From contig OX597830.1 in NCBI GenBank assembly GCA_951406725.2, forward strand, positions 3,658,001 to 3,722,000: DNA of 64,000 nt. The letters are read 5' to 3'. Made by a program: the position numbers and the translations under genes. Origin of the DNA: Octopus vulgaris. Lineage: Eukaryota. The notes below the pieces were generated by a model that saw only the letters and a list, made by a program, of their open reading frames with translations, did no database searches and was not told where the DNA came from. Positions 51,583-63,931 of the stretch are shown here, one piece after another (within the stretch, counting starts at the first letter, position 1; the number at the start of each line of letters is the position of its first letter).

Positions 51583-52203
51583 TCGATAATAATAATAATA
51601 ATAATAATAATGATGATGATGATGATGATGATGATAGTAATAATAATAATAATGATGATAATTTATTTTATTGCTCACAAGAGGCTAAACATAGAGGGGA
51701 CAAACAAGGAGAGACAGAGGGATTACATCGACCCCAGTGCGTAATCCTTTTCACTGTAGGCACAAGGCTGAAATTTTGTGTGGTGGGGGGTTTGTTCAAT
51801 TAAATCAACCATGATACTCAGCTGGTACTTATTTCATTGGCTTCAAAAGAATGAAAGGCAAAGTCAGCCTCAGCAGAATTTGAACCTGGAGCATAAGAAT
51901 ACACAAAATGCTGGTAAGCACATTGTCCAGCATGCTAATGATTCTGCCAGCTCACAAACTTACTACTACTACTAATAATAATAATCATTTCCACTATTGG
52001 CCCAAGGCCTGAGACTTATGGGGCAGGGGCCGAGTTGACTACATTGACCCCAGTGTTTAACTGGTAGTTAATTTATCAATCCCCCAAAAGGATGACCAGT
52101 GAAGTGTCCCTCAGTGGAATTTGATCTCAGAACATAAAAAACGGACAAAATGCTTCTAAGCATTTTGCCTAGCATGCTAATAATTCTGCCAGCTCATTGC
52201 CTT
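50503..52203 (-). mobile_element. Cluster of about 5 family B SINE copies or fragments interspersed with (AAT)n
   Basis: Repeated GGATGAAAGGCAAAG..GAATTTGAACTCAGAAC-like blocks at about 50610, 50840, 51850 and 52090, plus a tail fragment at about 51670. Confidence 0.8.
50971..51500 (+). mobile_element. Two 5'-truncated Dong/R4-type non-LTR tails embedded in (TAA)n
   Basis: 51299-51427 translates LGTVSEGIKKNIKEIGIECQVELLQKVCLFGTARIIKKVLEN*; a shorter copy (GISRIIRKVLDS*) starts at 50971. Both are flanked by (AAT)n. Confidence 0.75.
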
Positions 52204-52514
52204 AAATTTAGTAATAATAATAATAATAATAATAATACTTTTTTAAAGTCAAAAATGGAAATACTTTTGCTGTGGTAAGTATCTTAGAAGGGGAATTCTT
52301 CTTATAGCATGATGATGATGATGATGATGATGATGATAGAGTTGATGGCGTTAGTGATGATGTAATGATGATTTCCCTTGTTATGTTTATCATCTTACAC
52401 AGCTCTCACCACCCCCACCATATTCCAGCATCACCTCTCCCAATGTCTTTTAAGTAGCTGTTTAGTTAACTTCAGTATTACTTTAGTATCATGATAGCTC
52501 TTTCATTCATTTAG

Positions 52515-52576
<62 letters not shown>

Positions 52577-53507
52577 AATAACCTAATCATCTCAATTGAC
52601 ATCTTGCATTTTTCTTTGTTTTGTATTTGCTTCCTAATTTTATTTATTCGTTTATTTTCATCTTGAAATTACCAGAAAATGTTGCAGATGACGTGATAGG
52701 CTGTCATTGATAACACACACACTCATAAAAAAAAGGAAAAAAAGGCAACACAATAACCAGCTTTTCTCTTATTTTGGTATCTGGAATTTTTCTTCTTGGA
52801 GATTACTTTATTAAGTATTCAAATATTTTTCAATGTTCCTCATCACAGCCAATTGTTACTGGTTTTTCTATTATTGTTTTTCTTCTGTTTTCTTTTCTTT
52901 GTTTTTCTTTTTTTTCTATTTTATACTTCAAACATTTGTCTTGATCTTCCGTACGAAAACAGATCAAATAGAAGCCTAAAATTACGTTAGATAGCAACAT
53001 AATAGTTAGGAAGAATACCTCGTACTTAGAAATGGTTTATCAATTTTTCATAAGAGCTGAAATGTCACTTGTATTCCACAACAATTGCTATTTCCACATC
53101 TTTAGAGGAATCTATGCAATGATAGAATTTTGGCTCCATTTTTGCTGGTTTCCTCAAGAAAGCTGACATGAGTTATTTAAGCTTCCGATTCTTCCTTATT
53201 CTCACTGAAATATTATTTTGCCTCCATGTTTGAATATTTCTGTTGTGTCTTTTATCTTATAATTTCATGTTTGGATATAAAATGAGAGCTGCATTGATTC
53301 AGTTCTCCAAAAACATTGAAACATTCTCAGATATGTATGATTCTGGTAAAAGTCAGAAGAATTCAGCTGTTGTTCAGCAAACTCCATCGACATTACATCA
53401 TCATCATCATCATCATCACCATCATTGTCATTGTTGTCGTCATTATCATCATCATCATCGTCATCATTGCTATCTCTCTCTCTCTCTTTCTCTCACTTTC
53501 TACATAT

Positions 53508-53905
53508 ATTCTTTTATCTTTTACTTGTTTCAGTCATTTGACTGCAGCCATGCTGGAGCACCACCTTTAGTCAAACAAATCGACCCCAGGACTTAATCTT
53601 TGTAAGCCTAGTACTCAGTCTATTGATCTCTTTTGCTGAACGGCTTAGTTATAGGGACATAAACACACCAACATCGGTTGTCAAGCAATAGTGGGAAGAC
53701 AAACACAGACACACAAATATATACATATATATATATATATATATGACAGGATTCTTTCTGTTTCTGTCTGTTAAATTCACTCTCAAGGGTTTTGTTAGCC
53801 CAAGGCTATAGCAGAAGACACTTGCCCAAGGTGCTACACAGTGGAACTGAACCTGGAACCATGTGGCTGGGAAGCAAGCTTCTTATCACACTGCAAAACC
53901 TGCAC
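53508..53905 (-). mobile_element. SINE family A
   Basis: Reverse complement of 10126-10552. Confidence 0.85.
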
Positions 53906-54544
53906 CTGTATATATAAATAATATATATGCACATAGGTGAAGTATACATCAGAGATGCTTTGCCCCATGCAGAAACAGTGAGGCTGCTTTGAGGGAAGGC
54001 ATAATCTTCCTCTGCTGGTGACTGATTAAAACCAACCCAATGACAGAAACATGTCTCTGTCATCAGCATGTGCCTCAGGGTCACAAGGGCTTTGCCTCTC
54101 AACCCATACTCTTCATCTGAGTGCATGTTGGATGCCTTGAGGATTACGTCTGGATTTTCTATTTGTTGTTTGAAAGTTATTTTGGGATGTAAGAGAGGTC
54201 AGGTCGGTGGAGTTGTGTTCCCTAGACTGTCTGTGGTTTGTGTTTGATAAGCGTGGGGTCATTTCTGTGTTATGTTTTTGGTTTATTTTTCTTCAGGAAG
54301 AGGTTAGCCGATGTGTTTTCTATGGTGAACTGTGTTTCGTAGTTAATAAAGAAATTGGCTTGTCTTTCCCGGCATTGCAGGGAGTTGGTCTCTTCAGCTT
54401 CGCAAGTTGTTTCCCACAGTTTCTAAAAACTTTCGAAGCGTTCACCATCTGAGAATGTTTCTCTCGTTGCAGATTTCCTCATCGATGTTTTTAAATTTCT
54501 GTTCATTGCTTAGCGCTCTAAGCTTAACGAGTTCTATTTCTGGT

Positions 54545-54928
54545 AAATGTGGGATCTGCAGCAACCCCACCTACAAATACATAGAGGGAGGCAAAGAGAT
54601 GAAATTTAGAAGTGGTCACATATTTAAAGTAAATGCAGATATGAACTGCAAGATGCAGAATGTAATATACTGCATAACCTACCCCACGTGCAAGGAGGAT
54701 TACATAGGTGAAACTGGAAATTCTTTGTGCCAGCGAGCCAGGATTCACCGACAACATATTTGGCAGGAAGAACTACGCAAGATACCACAAAGTACACACC
54801 TAGCTACATGTGGAGAAGGAAAATTTAAGATCTTTCCCTTCTACAAATGTCCAAAGAACGACACCTCCTTCAGGAGGAATATGGGAAAATATTTCATAGC
54901 TAAGTTCTCCCCCAAATTGAATGGCTGA
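54545..54928 (+). pseudogene. Penelope-like element GIY-YIG endonuclease domain (truncated)
   Basis: C..C...NCKMQNVIYCITYPTCKEDYIGETGNSLCQRARIHRQHI...HL...P.LN: VIY/YIG motif with downstream R..H and terminal LN. Confidence 0.85.
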
Positions 54929-54988
54929 AAATATCTCTATAATAAGCTGTACCAGATGAAGGACCAAATTTGCTAAGTAAACTGTATT

Positions 54989-55030
<42 letters not shown>

Positions 55031-55366
55031 ACACACAGAGTCCTACACATATGTTTTGGTTTTTGAAAATACAACATTGAACAAAGGCTATCCTAATATT
55101 TGAATGAAACCATTTCACTTTAACTTGTGGAACCAGTTGCTCCTGTATGATAAAACTTAATATTTATTTAACTGTCAATCAGTGAGATATTAGACTAAAT
55201 CAATTGAAGATCAGACAACAGACTCCGTGGTTGTCAGTTTGTATTCTATCATTTGTAACTTAACACAGGAGAGTCTCTTTTTCAAGTATGGACTTTATGA
55301 AATTTTACTCATCATACATTGAAGGACAAATCTTTCAATTTACAATTTAATATAGTGGAGCATTTA

Positions 55367-55398
<32 letters not shown>

Positions 55399-55575
55399 CA
55401 GGGGCGTGCACTCTCAGCAATGCAAGGTATGCGTTGCATGCCTTCTTTGTTTCAAAGAAAATACGTCCAGTTGTTTTAGAAATATTGTCCCCACTTCGTA
55501 CATCTGCTTTGATAAATGCTTTTAGAAGATCGCATGATACACACTCCCTCTCTGTCTATATTAGTTTGTCCTTCC

Positions 55576-55615
<40 letters not shown>

Positions 55616-55929
55616 AGTGACTCGATAAATTTATCGCTTGTCATGCGTTGAGAAGACAGCATGAGACCCCTTCTCTCTGTCTTTGATAGTTTGTCCCTTC
55701 TTCCTCTTTCTTTGTTTAAAAGATATGCTACGAGGAATGGTCACCCCCTTCTCTCTCAGCAATTCGACAAATTCAGTTTGGCGTGTCATGCTGTTCTAAG
55801 ACCGCATATCACGCCTCTCTGGCTATTTTGACCGGAACAAGAGCTGTCCCATAATTCTTGTTTTAGCCAGCTGAAATGTTGGAATAGCCTTCGCATGTAA
55901 GTTTGAAATTTTTTATATATATATATATA

Positions 55930-56152
55930 TTTCTTTATTGCCCACAGGGGGGCTAAACACAGAGGGGACAAACAAGGACAGACAAAGGTCTTAAGTCTGT
56001 TACATCGACTCCAGTGCGTAACTGGTACTTAATTTATCAACCCCGAAAGGATGAAAGGCAAAGTCGGCCTCAGCGGAATTTGAACTCAGAACGTAACGGC
56101 AGACGAAATACTGCTAAGCATTTCGCCCGACGTGCTAACGATTCTGCCAGCA
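55930..56152 (-). mobile_element. SINE family B, young copy
   Basis: CpG-retaining copy; others at 57337-57552 and 58420-58625. Confidence 0.85.
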
Positions 56153-56329
56153 GATATATATCTATATTACCTATTATATACATTATATTATTTTTGTAAT
56201 TTATTTAATATTTACTTTTTAATTGTCATTTTTATTTTAACTTTTCTATGATATGCAATTTTCTAGATGCTGTAATTTAATTGTTCATTTTGAATTGATA
56301 AAAGGTGTTTTTTTTTCTAATATTTTATG

Positions 56330-56374
<45 letters not shown>

Positions 56375-56793
56375 GTATAAATATCAACAGAATTATTTCT
56401 CCTTCCTCCTTTTTTTTTCTTTTCTCCTCTCTTCCCTTCTCCAAACTCACAGACACCCACACACACACACATACGCACACACGCACACACATACACACAT
56501 GCTCTCTCTCTCACTTTCTCCTCATCCATCACCCTCTTGTACAGTCTTATATTCCTCCCCACCACCACACACTCAATACCACTATAAAATGGTCAAAACT
56601 TTTCACATAGGAACTTAGTTTGATTTGAAAACCCCACTAGAATGGGAGAAAGCGCTAATACATGATCTAGGTTATATGATGTATAAAAAATGTAATATAC
56701 AAATAAATATCTGTAAATATAAACCATCCGATTTTCTGAGTACCTCATTTCTTCTAATACAAAAAAACCTGTACATCATCTCCAAACATTCCA

Positions 56794-56825
<32 letters not shown>

Positions 56826-58926
56826 GTATACAAGCATGCATTAAATTCATCATGTGCATTGATATAATTACTCAAGGTATTAAAAAAAACTGATATTTCT
56901 ATATAAATATTAATGGTACAATGGATATGAATATATTCACAAAATAACCTTAAAATGTAAAACGACTAGTAAAAATATTATGCTGATTATGAACATATAT
57001 TTCCATTCATTTTTAGATATTCCTATCTTGTAGTTTATGTATTTTAGAGAAAGTTAATACCAGCCAATTATGTATTTGCTATCATGATACACCAAACAGA
57101 GTAATCTAATGCTATTACATCCAGTCAATAATGTAAACTGGCTGGTGATGGGAAGAGCGTCAAGTCAAGAAAGAATTGATGCTGAAACAAATGACAAATA
57201 ATGGTAAGGCTGGTTGTTGTGTTTTTCTTTTTGTCTGAGTCAAATGGCAAAGAACCACCATGAATGGTGAAATGCCCTAAGACTCATCAAATAGAAGACC
57301 AGACACCAAGTGATAACCAATCTCAATAATCTGTTATTTCTTTATCGCCTTCAGGGGGCTAAATATAGAGGGGACAAACAAGGACAGAGAAAGGGATTAA
57401 ATCAATTACGTCAACTCCAGTGCATAACTGGTACTTATTTAATCGACCCTGAAAAGAGGAAAGGTGAAGTCAACCTCGGTACAATTTGAACTCAGAACCT
57501 AAGGGCAGATGAAATAATGCTAAGTATTTCACCGGACATGCTGAGCATTGCCAGTGTATGGGCATACTGAGGAAACACTTTTTCAGTAAGATGGGCAACA
57601 GCTCATGCATGCAAGTCTCTCAATCAATTCCACACTGATATCTAGTCAAGCGAAACACCACCAACTTGGGCCAATGCAATTTGGAACTAGTTTCATTGCA
57701 GATGTTGTGAGAAGACTAACAGCTAGAACAGATGCTCTTAGGAATCTTGCCCAGTTGTCTAATGATTCTGCCAATCCATCATTTTGGATTGTCACATTTT
57801 TTATCAACCTTGTAAAGTTGAAAAAGTAAAGAGGATTAGAACTTAGAGTGCCAAGAGTCAGAACAAATATCATGAGACATTCTATCTCACATTCTAACAA
57901 CTCTGCTATTTGCTCACCACAATGTAAAATGGTATTCATGAAGATGATGATGACGACAATGATGACGAGTTTGAGGAGGAGGAGGAGTTTGAAGAGAAGG
58001 AGGAGAATATACTGAGAAAATTTTGTGTGATTGCTGGACTGTTAAATTTCTTTTTTCTTTTGTGTTAACCCCTTTTTTGGAATATGGGTTGAGTGAATGA
58101 GAAGTAGTGTATGTGTGTGTGTCTGTGTGTGTGTGTGCTTGTTGGAAGTAATATAGTGTCTTTCAGATAGGAGATATTGAAGTGTTGTCAATGAACCTCA
58201 ACCAGTGTACCTCATTCCATTAGTTGGCCACCCTGGTTGAGAAGAGGTTTTGGCTCTCTCCTTGCTATGCTAGTTAGTTGAATATTGGCATAGATCAATG
58301 GTCAATTAATCACACAGCCATGTTTGCATCTATGTTTGAAACAGAGAAAGAAATTGCTATGATCAGAATGCATTTGAATAGAGCTGATCTCAAACTAAAT
58401 AATCCCCAAAATACTGGTTTCAAATCACGGCCCAAGGCCAGCAGTATCGGGGCAGTGGGTTGGGGTGAGTCAATTACATCGACCCCAGTCCTCAACTGCT
58501 ATTCGTTTCATTGCCCCTGAGAGCATGAAAGGCAAAGTTGACCCCAGTGGAATTTGAACTCAGAACATAAACACAGACGAAATGAAGCTAAGCATTTTGT
58601 CTGGTGTTCTAACAACTCTGCCAAATTTTTGACTTAACAACACCAAAAGATGTCGCCACAGAATACTGATTGAATGAGTCAGAATGTTGAAACAAGGAAC
58701 TAGATTCTCTTCAAAGACAAAGTTCTAAAGGACCTAGGGTTTAAGACTATTGCTAATTAACTGTGTAATTATTGCTGCAATGTATGGGCTGGTCAGCTGT
58801 TGAATTAGATTGTGTTTGAGTTGAGAAACATTTATAAGCATTTGGTGGCTGCGTGGTTAGAGTGTTGGATTCATCATCATAAATTTGTGGTTTTGATTCC
58901 TTGATTGGGCAGGATGTTATTTCCTT

Positions 58927-59344
58927 ATTTCTTTACTGCTCACAAGAAGCTACACACAGAGGGGACAAACAAGGACAGACAAATGGATTGAGTCGATTAT
59001 ATCGACCCCCGTGCATAAATGATACTTATTTAATTGACCCTGAAAGGATGAAAGGCAAAGTCGACTTCGGCAGAATTTGAACTCAGAATGCAACAGCAGA
59101 CGAAATACCTATTTCTTTACTACCCACAAGAGGCTAAACATAGAAGGGACAAACAAGCACAGACAAATGGATTGAGTCGATTATATTGACCCCAGTGCAT
59201 AACTGGTACTTAATTTATCGACCCCGAAAGGATGAAAGGCAAAGTCAACCTCAGCACAATTTGAACTCAGAATGCAGCAGCAGACGAAATACCGCTAAGC
59301 ATTTCGCCCGGTGTGCTAACGTTTCTGCCAGCTCATTGCCTTTA
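58927..59344 (-). mobile_element. Tandem dimer of family B SINE inserted into a family C SINE; TSD ATTTCCTT
   Basis: Two units starting at about 58927 and 59110. ATTTCCTT at 58919-58926 and 59345-59352. Host SINE halves at 58845-58926 and 59345-59420. Confidence 0.75.
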
Positions 59345-59421
59345 ATTTCCTTGAGGGAGACACTTCATTTAATGTCTACTCGTCTGAGATGAGTACCAGC
59401 TGAGTCTTGGATCAGCCTCGA

Positions 59422-59463
<42 letters not shown>

Positions 59464-60518
59464 CTCTCTCTCTCTCTCTCTATTCCTTTCTTTAAAACAG
59501 TTTAGTGAAATTCTGGTACAAATTTTACAAATTATTGCCAGTTCCAAACAACATTTGTGGCAGTTAAGTAAATACTTTTCTACAGATATTCTTTGATTCT
59601 TTTTTTTTTTTATTTCCTTGTCTATCCAATTCTCTTCTGGTAGTTTATTCCAAGCTAGATCTAACTGAGCAGACCTATTATCAAAGGAATTCCAACTTCC
59701 ATTATACCTTTTTATCCTTTTCTTTACTATAATCCTTACTAAATTCTCAAATATGTCTTTATTCTTTTTTAATAGGTAAAGATTTGCTGTTATTTCTAGC
59801 AGGTTGAGCAGCTGCATAGAGACTTATACCTTGGCTTGTATTCAGTTTTGTTCATTCTACATATAACTGGTTTCTTTTAATCTGAAATTGTTGCATACAA
59901 CCCAGCTTATTTGTCTGTGATTGATTAATGACACTTTATTGTTATGACAATATTCTATAATATGGTCAACTAAGTTCATTCTCATAAGATTTCTCCTGAA
60001 TCAAAACAATAATTGAAAAACCAATACAGGTGCTGAAATAATAGCTTGGAATAATGAGTTTGAATCCAGTCAGACATTTAAAAAAATATATTTTCTTTTT
60101 TGTGCTCTGTGAATAATGAGTTGCAATTGTTGCAAGAAATGAAGGCGTACTTCTGCTGTGATAACTTATTATGGTATAAAATGATTGCTTTTTATGAAAT
60201 ACAGTTCTGGATATCATTATATATAACAAAAAAATAAAAATGTTTAAAATACCAGAATGTCTCATGACAGATACTATGATCCTTTCAATTAAAAACATTG
60301 CACAGAAAATAGAAAATATCTTGAAATTTGTTGATTTAAAAGCAAAACTACCAAGAACAGAGGGAGACCCATCTGCAAAGTGAGAATTATACCAGTTATT
60401 ATCGAAGCATTAGGTTCAATTACAAGAAAAAATTCACCAGTACGGCTATGGAGTAAGATGATTGCTTCCCAACCATGTGGTTCCAGGTTGTCTTGGAACC
60501 ATGTGGTACTACTACTAT

Positions 60519-60752
60519 ATATTTCTTTACTACCCACGAGGGGCTAAACATAGAGGGGACAAACAAGGACAGATAAAGGGATTAAGTCTATTACATCGAC
60601 TCCAGTGCGAAACTGGTACTTTATTTATTGACCCCAAAAGGATGAAAGGCAAAGTCGACCTCGGTGGAATTTCGACTCAGAACATAGCGGCAGACGAAAT
60701 ACCGCTAAGCATTTCGCCCGGCGTGCTAACGTTCCTGCCAGCTCGCCGGTTT
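60519..60752 (-). mobile_element. Family B SINE with a 15-bp TSD, inserted in a family A SINE
   Basis: CATGTGGTACTACTA at 60500-60514 and 60753-60767. Confidence 0.85.
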
Positions 60753-61220
60753 CATGTGGTACTACTATAGCCACTGGTCAACCAAAGCCTTGTTGGTGGA
60801 TTTAGTAGACAGAAACTGAAAGAATCACATCGTATATAAAAGAGATAAACAACTCTCAGTTAAACATTCATTAATGTTATGTCACCTGAAGAAATGAATT
60901 CTTGAAGATGATCAACTGAGAGCCCATGGATACTGTGGACTACTCTATAATCATCCTAGGAATACGGATTGTGATCTTAAGAGACACAGGATTTGTGGAA
61001 ATGTGTGCAGCAATGCATTAAAATGTTTATAAATTCCATCAAAGGATTATTGATATTATTATTATATTCATCCTACATTATATTGGCACAGCTCGATGCA
61101 ACCCCCAAAATAATGATTCACCAGTCAGCATCATTAGACAGTGGTCACAATAATGAAATAGGAGCTTTATTTGCATATTCAAAATGTTTCCTGAAAACAA
61201 ATTTAAAAGATACATATATA

Positions 61221-61925
61221 TCATCATCATCATCGTTTAACGTCCGCTTTCCATGCTAGCATGGGTTGGACGATTTGACTGAGGGCTGGCGAACCAGATG
61301 GCTGCACCAGGATTCAATCTGATCTGGAAGAGTTTCTACAGCTTGATGCCATTCCTAACACCAACCACTCTGAGAGTGTAGTGGGTGCTTTTATGTGCCA
61401 GTCAGGTGGCACTGTCAATGACCTTGCTCAAATCTTTTACACATGCCACCGGCACAGGTGCCAGTAAGGTGATGCTGGTAACGATCACACTCAAATGGTG
61501 TTGTTTACATTCCACTGGCATGGAGGCCAGATAGCCGCTCTGTGCACGATCATGCTCAGATGGTGCTCTGAATACCCTACTAGCACGGGGCTCAAGTGCC
61601 AGTAAGGTGATGCTGGTAACGATCACACTCAAATGGTACTTTTTAAGTGCCACTGGCATGGAAGCTGGTTAGCTGCTCTGTCAATGATCACGCTCGTATG
61701 GTGCTCTTTGCTCCCTGCTAGTACGGATGCCAGTCATTGAATTTGATTTTGATTTCACTTGCCTCAACAGGTCTTCGCAAGCAGAGTTTTAATGTCCAAA
61801 GAAGGAAAAGGTACGCATAAGTGGGCTGGTTACGCCCCTGACATTGGCCATGAGATTATGGTCTCATTTGGCTTGCCAGGTCTTCTCACGCACAGCATAT
61901 TTCCAAAAGTCTCAGTCACTAGTCA
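61221..61925 (-). mobile_element. RTE 3' fragment, different UTR-repeat subfamily
   Basis: (CAT)n tail; repeats of GTGCCAGTAAGGTGATGCTGGTAACGATCACACTCAAATGGT. Confidence 0.82.
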
Positions 61926-61941
61926 TTTATATATGTATATT

Positions 61942-61974
<33 letters not shown>

Positions 61975-62273
61975 CAAATGGATGTCTTATAAATATATGT
62001 GTGTATTTATATTTGTGTGTGTTTGTCCCCCACCCCCACTACTGCTTGACAACTGGTGTCGGTGTGCCTGTGACTTAGCTATTTGGCAAAAACAGACTGA
62101 TAGAATAAGTATCAGGTTTAAAAATGAACAATTGGTTTTATGGGGTTTTATGAGGGCCAGTCAAGCAGTACTGGCATCGACCACACTCAAATAGTGCTTT
62201 TTACATGCCACCAGCACTGGACCAGTCAGGCAGTACTGTCATCGGCCACAACAACGACTTTATATATATATAT

Positions 62274-62610
62274 AAATTTAAAGAAGGCAGAAAATGGAGA
62301 AATATCGATGAACAACAATTGACTTACATCAATTATTATTTATTAATTCAGTACAAGATGCAGTCTATTTATTTTGAATTAATAAGTAATAATTGACGTA
62401 AGTCAATTGCTGTTCATCGATATTTCTCCATTTTCTGTCTTCTTTAAATTTTGATTCTTGATAAACTCATGTTTATTCTTGGCTTTACCTATAATTCATG
62501 AGCATAATATGTTTGCATATATATGTCCATGGTTAAACATAGGTAATATACCAGTCGTATAATGGATACTTCTATCCCTTAGACGGTTATTTTAACCTCT
62601 AAGTCAGCTA

Positions 62611-62615
<5 letters not shown>
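62274..62615. mobile_element. Fold-back element with ~77-bp near-perfect arms and a 24-bp loop, plus a unique tail
   Basis: 62274-62350 is inverted relative to 62375-62451; the tail matches 12671-12838 in reverse. Confidence 0.8.
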
Positions 62616-62652
<37 letters not shown>

Positions 62653-63931
62653 CGAGGGACGTTCAATAAGTAATGCCTCTGACCCACCTGCAGTTGTTTG
62701 ATCTAGCTGAAATTATGCATGTGCAATTATTCATATCTCTATAGATTGAGTGGAAAATTACAGCTCTGAACTAATTGTAGTTTCTGATTTACAGGTGTTT
62801 GAACTGAGTCAAGTGTGAAATGGAGCCTGTTCAGTGTCGAGCAGTGATCCGGTTTTTGTATTTGAAAGGACGCACACCACGGGAGACTTTTGATGAAATG
62901 AAAGTAACTTATGGTGATGATGCCCCATCATATGACCTTGTAAAACGCTGGCATCGTGAATTCAAACATGGTCGGAACTCTGTGGAAACAGCTCCCAGAT
63001 CTGGTTGCCCCCTTCTGCTATTGATGAGGCATCTGTCCGTCAAGTTGAGGCTGCCATTTTGGAAGATCGACGCATAACTATTCGCCAAATAGCCCATGAG
63101 ATCAAGATTAGTACCGGGTCTGTGGAAACTATCATTCATGACCATTTGCATATGCAAAAAGGGTCTGCTAGATGGATTCCCAGGTTGCTCACACCTTTCC
63201 AGAAGCAAGAACGCGTTGAGTGCTCGAGGAGGAATTTGGAGATGTGCCAAGAAGATGAGTCAAAATTTTTCAAAAGACTGATTACACAGGATGAAACTTG
63301 GGTCCATCACTATGATCTAGAGACCAAAGCCCAGTCAATGCAGTGGAAGCACCATGACTCACCTCCTCTAAAGAAGGCAAAGGTGCAGCCCTCCGCTGGC
63401 AAGGTCATGCTCACAGTCTTCTGGGATCAGGACGGAGTAGTGATGACAGATTTCCTGGCAAAGGGTACCACAATTACAGGAGCCTATTATGCTTCACCTT
63501 TGAGGAAATTAAGAGAAGCTATCAAAATCAAGAGGCGGGGCAAGATCAGCAAAGCCATCGACAACGCTCCAGTCCACAACTCGCGTGTCGCCAGATCAGA
63601 AGCACAGGTGTGCGGCTATGACCCCCTCCCCCATCCCCCTACTCTCCTGACCTTGCACCCTCTGATTTTCTCCTCTTTCCAGCCATGAAGTTGTTTTTGA
63701 AAGGAAAGCATTTCCCAGATGATGCAGCCTTGATTTCTGAAGTCACGTCGTGGTTGGAGGACCAAGCTGGGGTCTTCTACAAAAACGGTCTCCAGAGCTG
63801 CATCAAATGATGGGAGAAATGCGTACCTCTTGGTGGTTCCTATGTAGAAAAAGACTAATAACTGTGCCAAGTTTCGTTGCTCTACTGCTATGGGAAGTGG
63901 GTCAGGGGCATTACTTATTGAACACCCCTCG
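62653..63931 (+). mobile_element. Near full-length mariner transposon (about 1.28 kb)
   Basis: TIRs CGAGGGACGTTCAATAAGTAATGCCTCTGACCCAC / GTGGGTCAGGGGCATTACTTATTGAACACCCCTCG, flanked by TA. Confidence 0.95.
62820..63860 (+). pseudogene. Mariner transposase, frameshifted
   Basis: RAVIRFLYLKG HTH, WIPRLL, ITQDETW, DNAPVH, and YSPDLAPSD in a shifted frame; frameshifts near 63005 and 63640, stop near 63808. Confidence 0.92.

Noticed and set aside
50941-51744. Poly-Leu/poly-Ile hydrophobic ORFs
   Set aside because: Translations of (AAT)n microsatellite.
53243-53596. His-rich ORF
   Set aside because: (CAT)n microsatellite joined to a SINE tail.
54041-54067. Palindrome TGACAGAAACATGTCTCTGTCA overlapping a minus-strand CTGATGA
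   Set aside because: No GAAA or NUH in register, so it is not counted as a hammerhead.
59966-60298. 110-aa minus-strand ORF downstream of a good splice acceptor
   Set aside because: No recognisable domain, and composition is typical of random AT-rich sequence.
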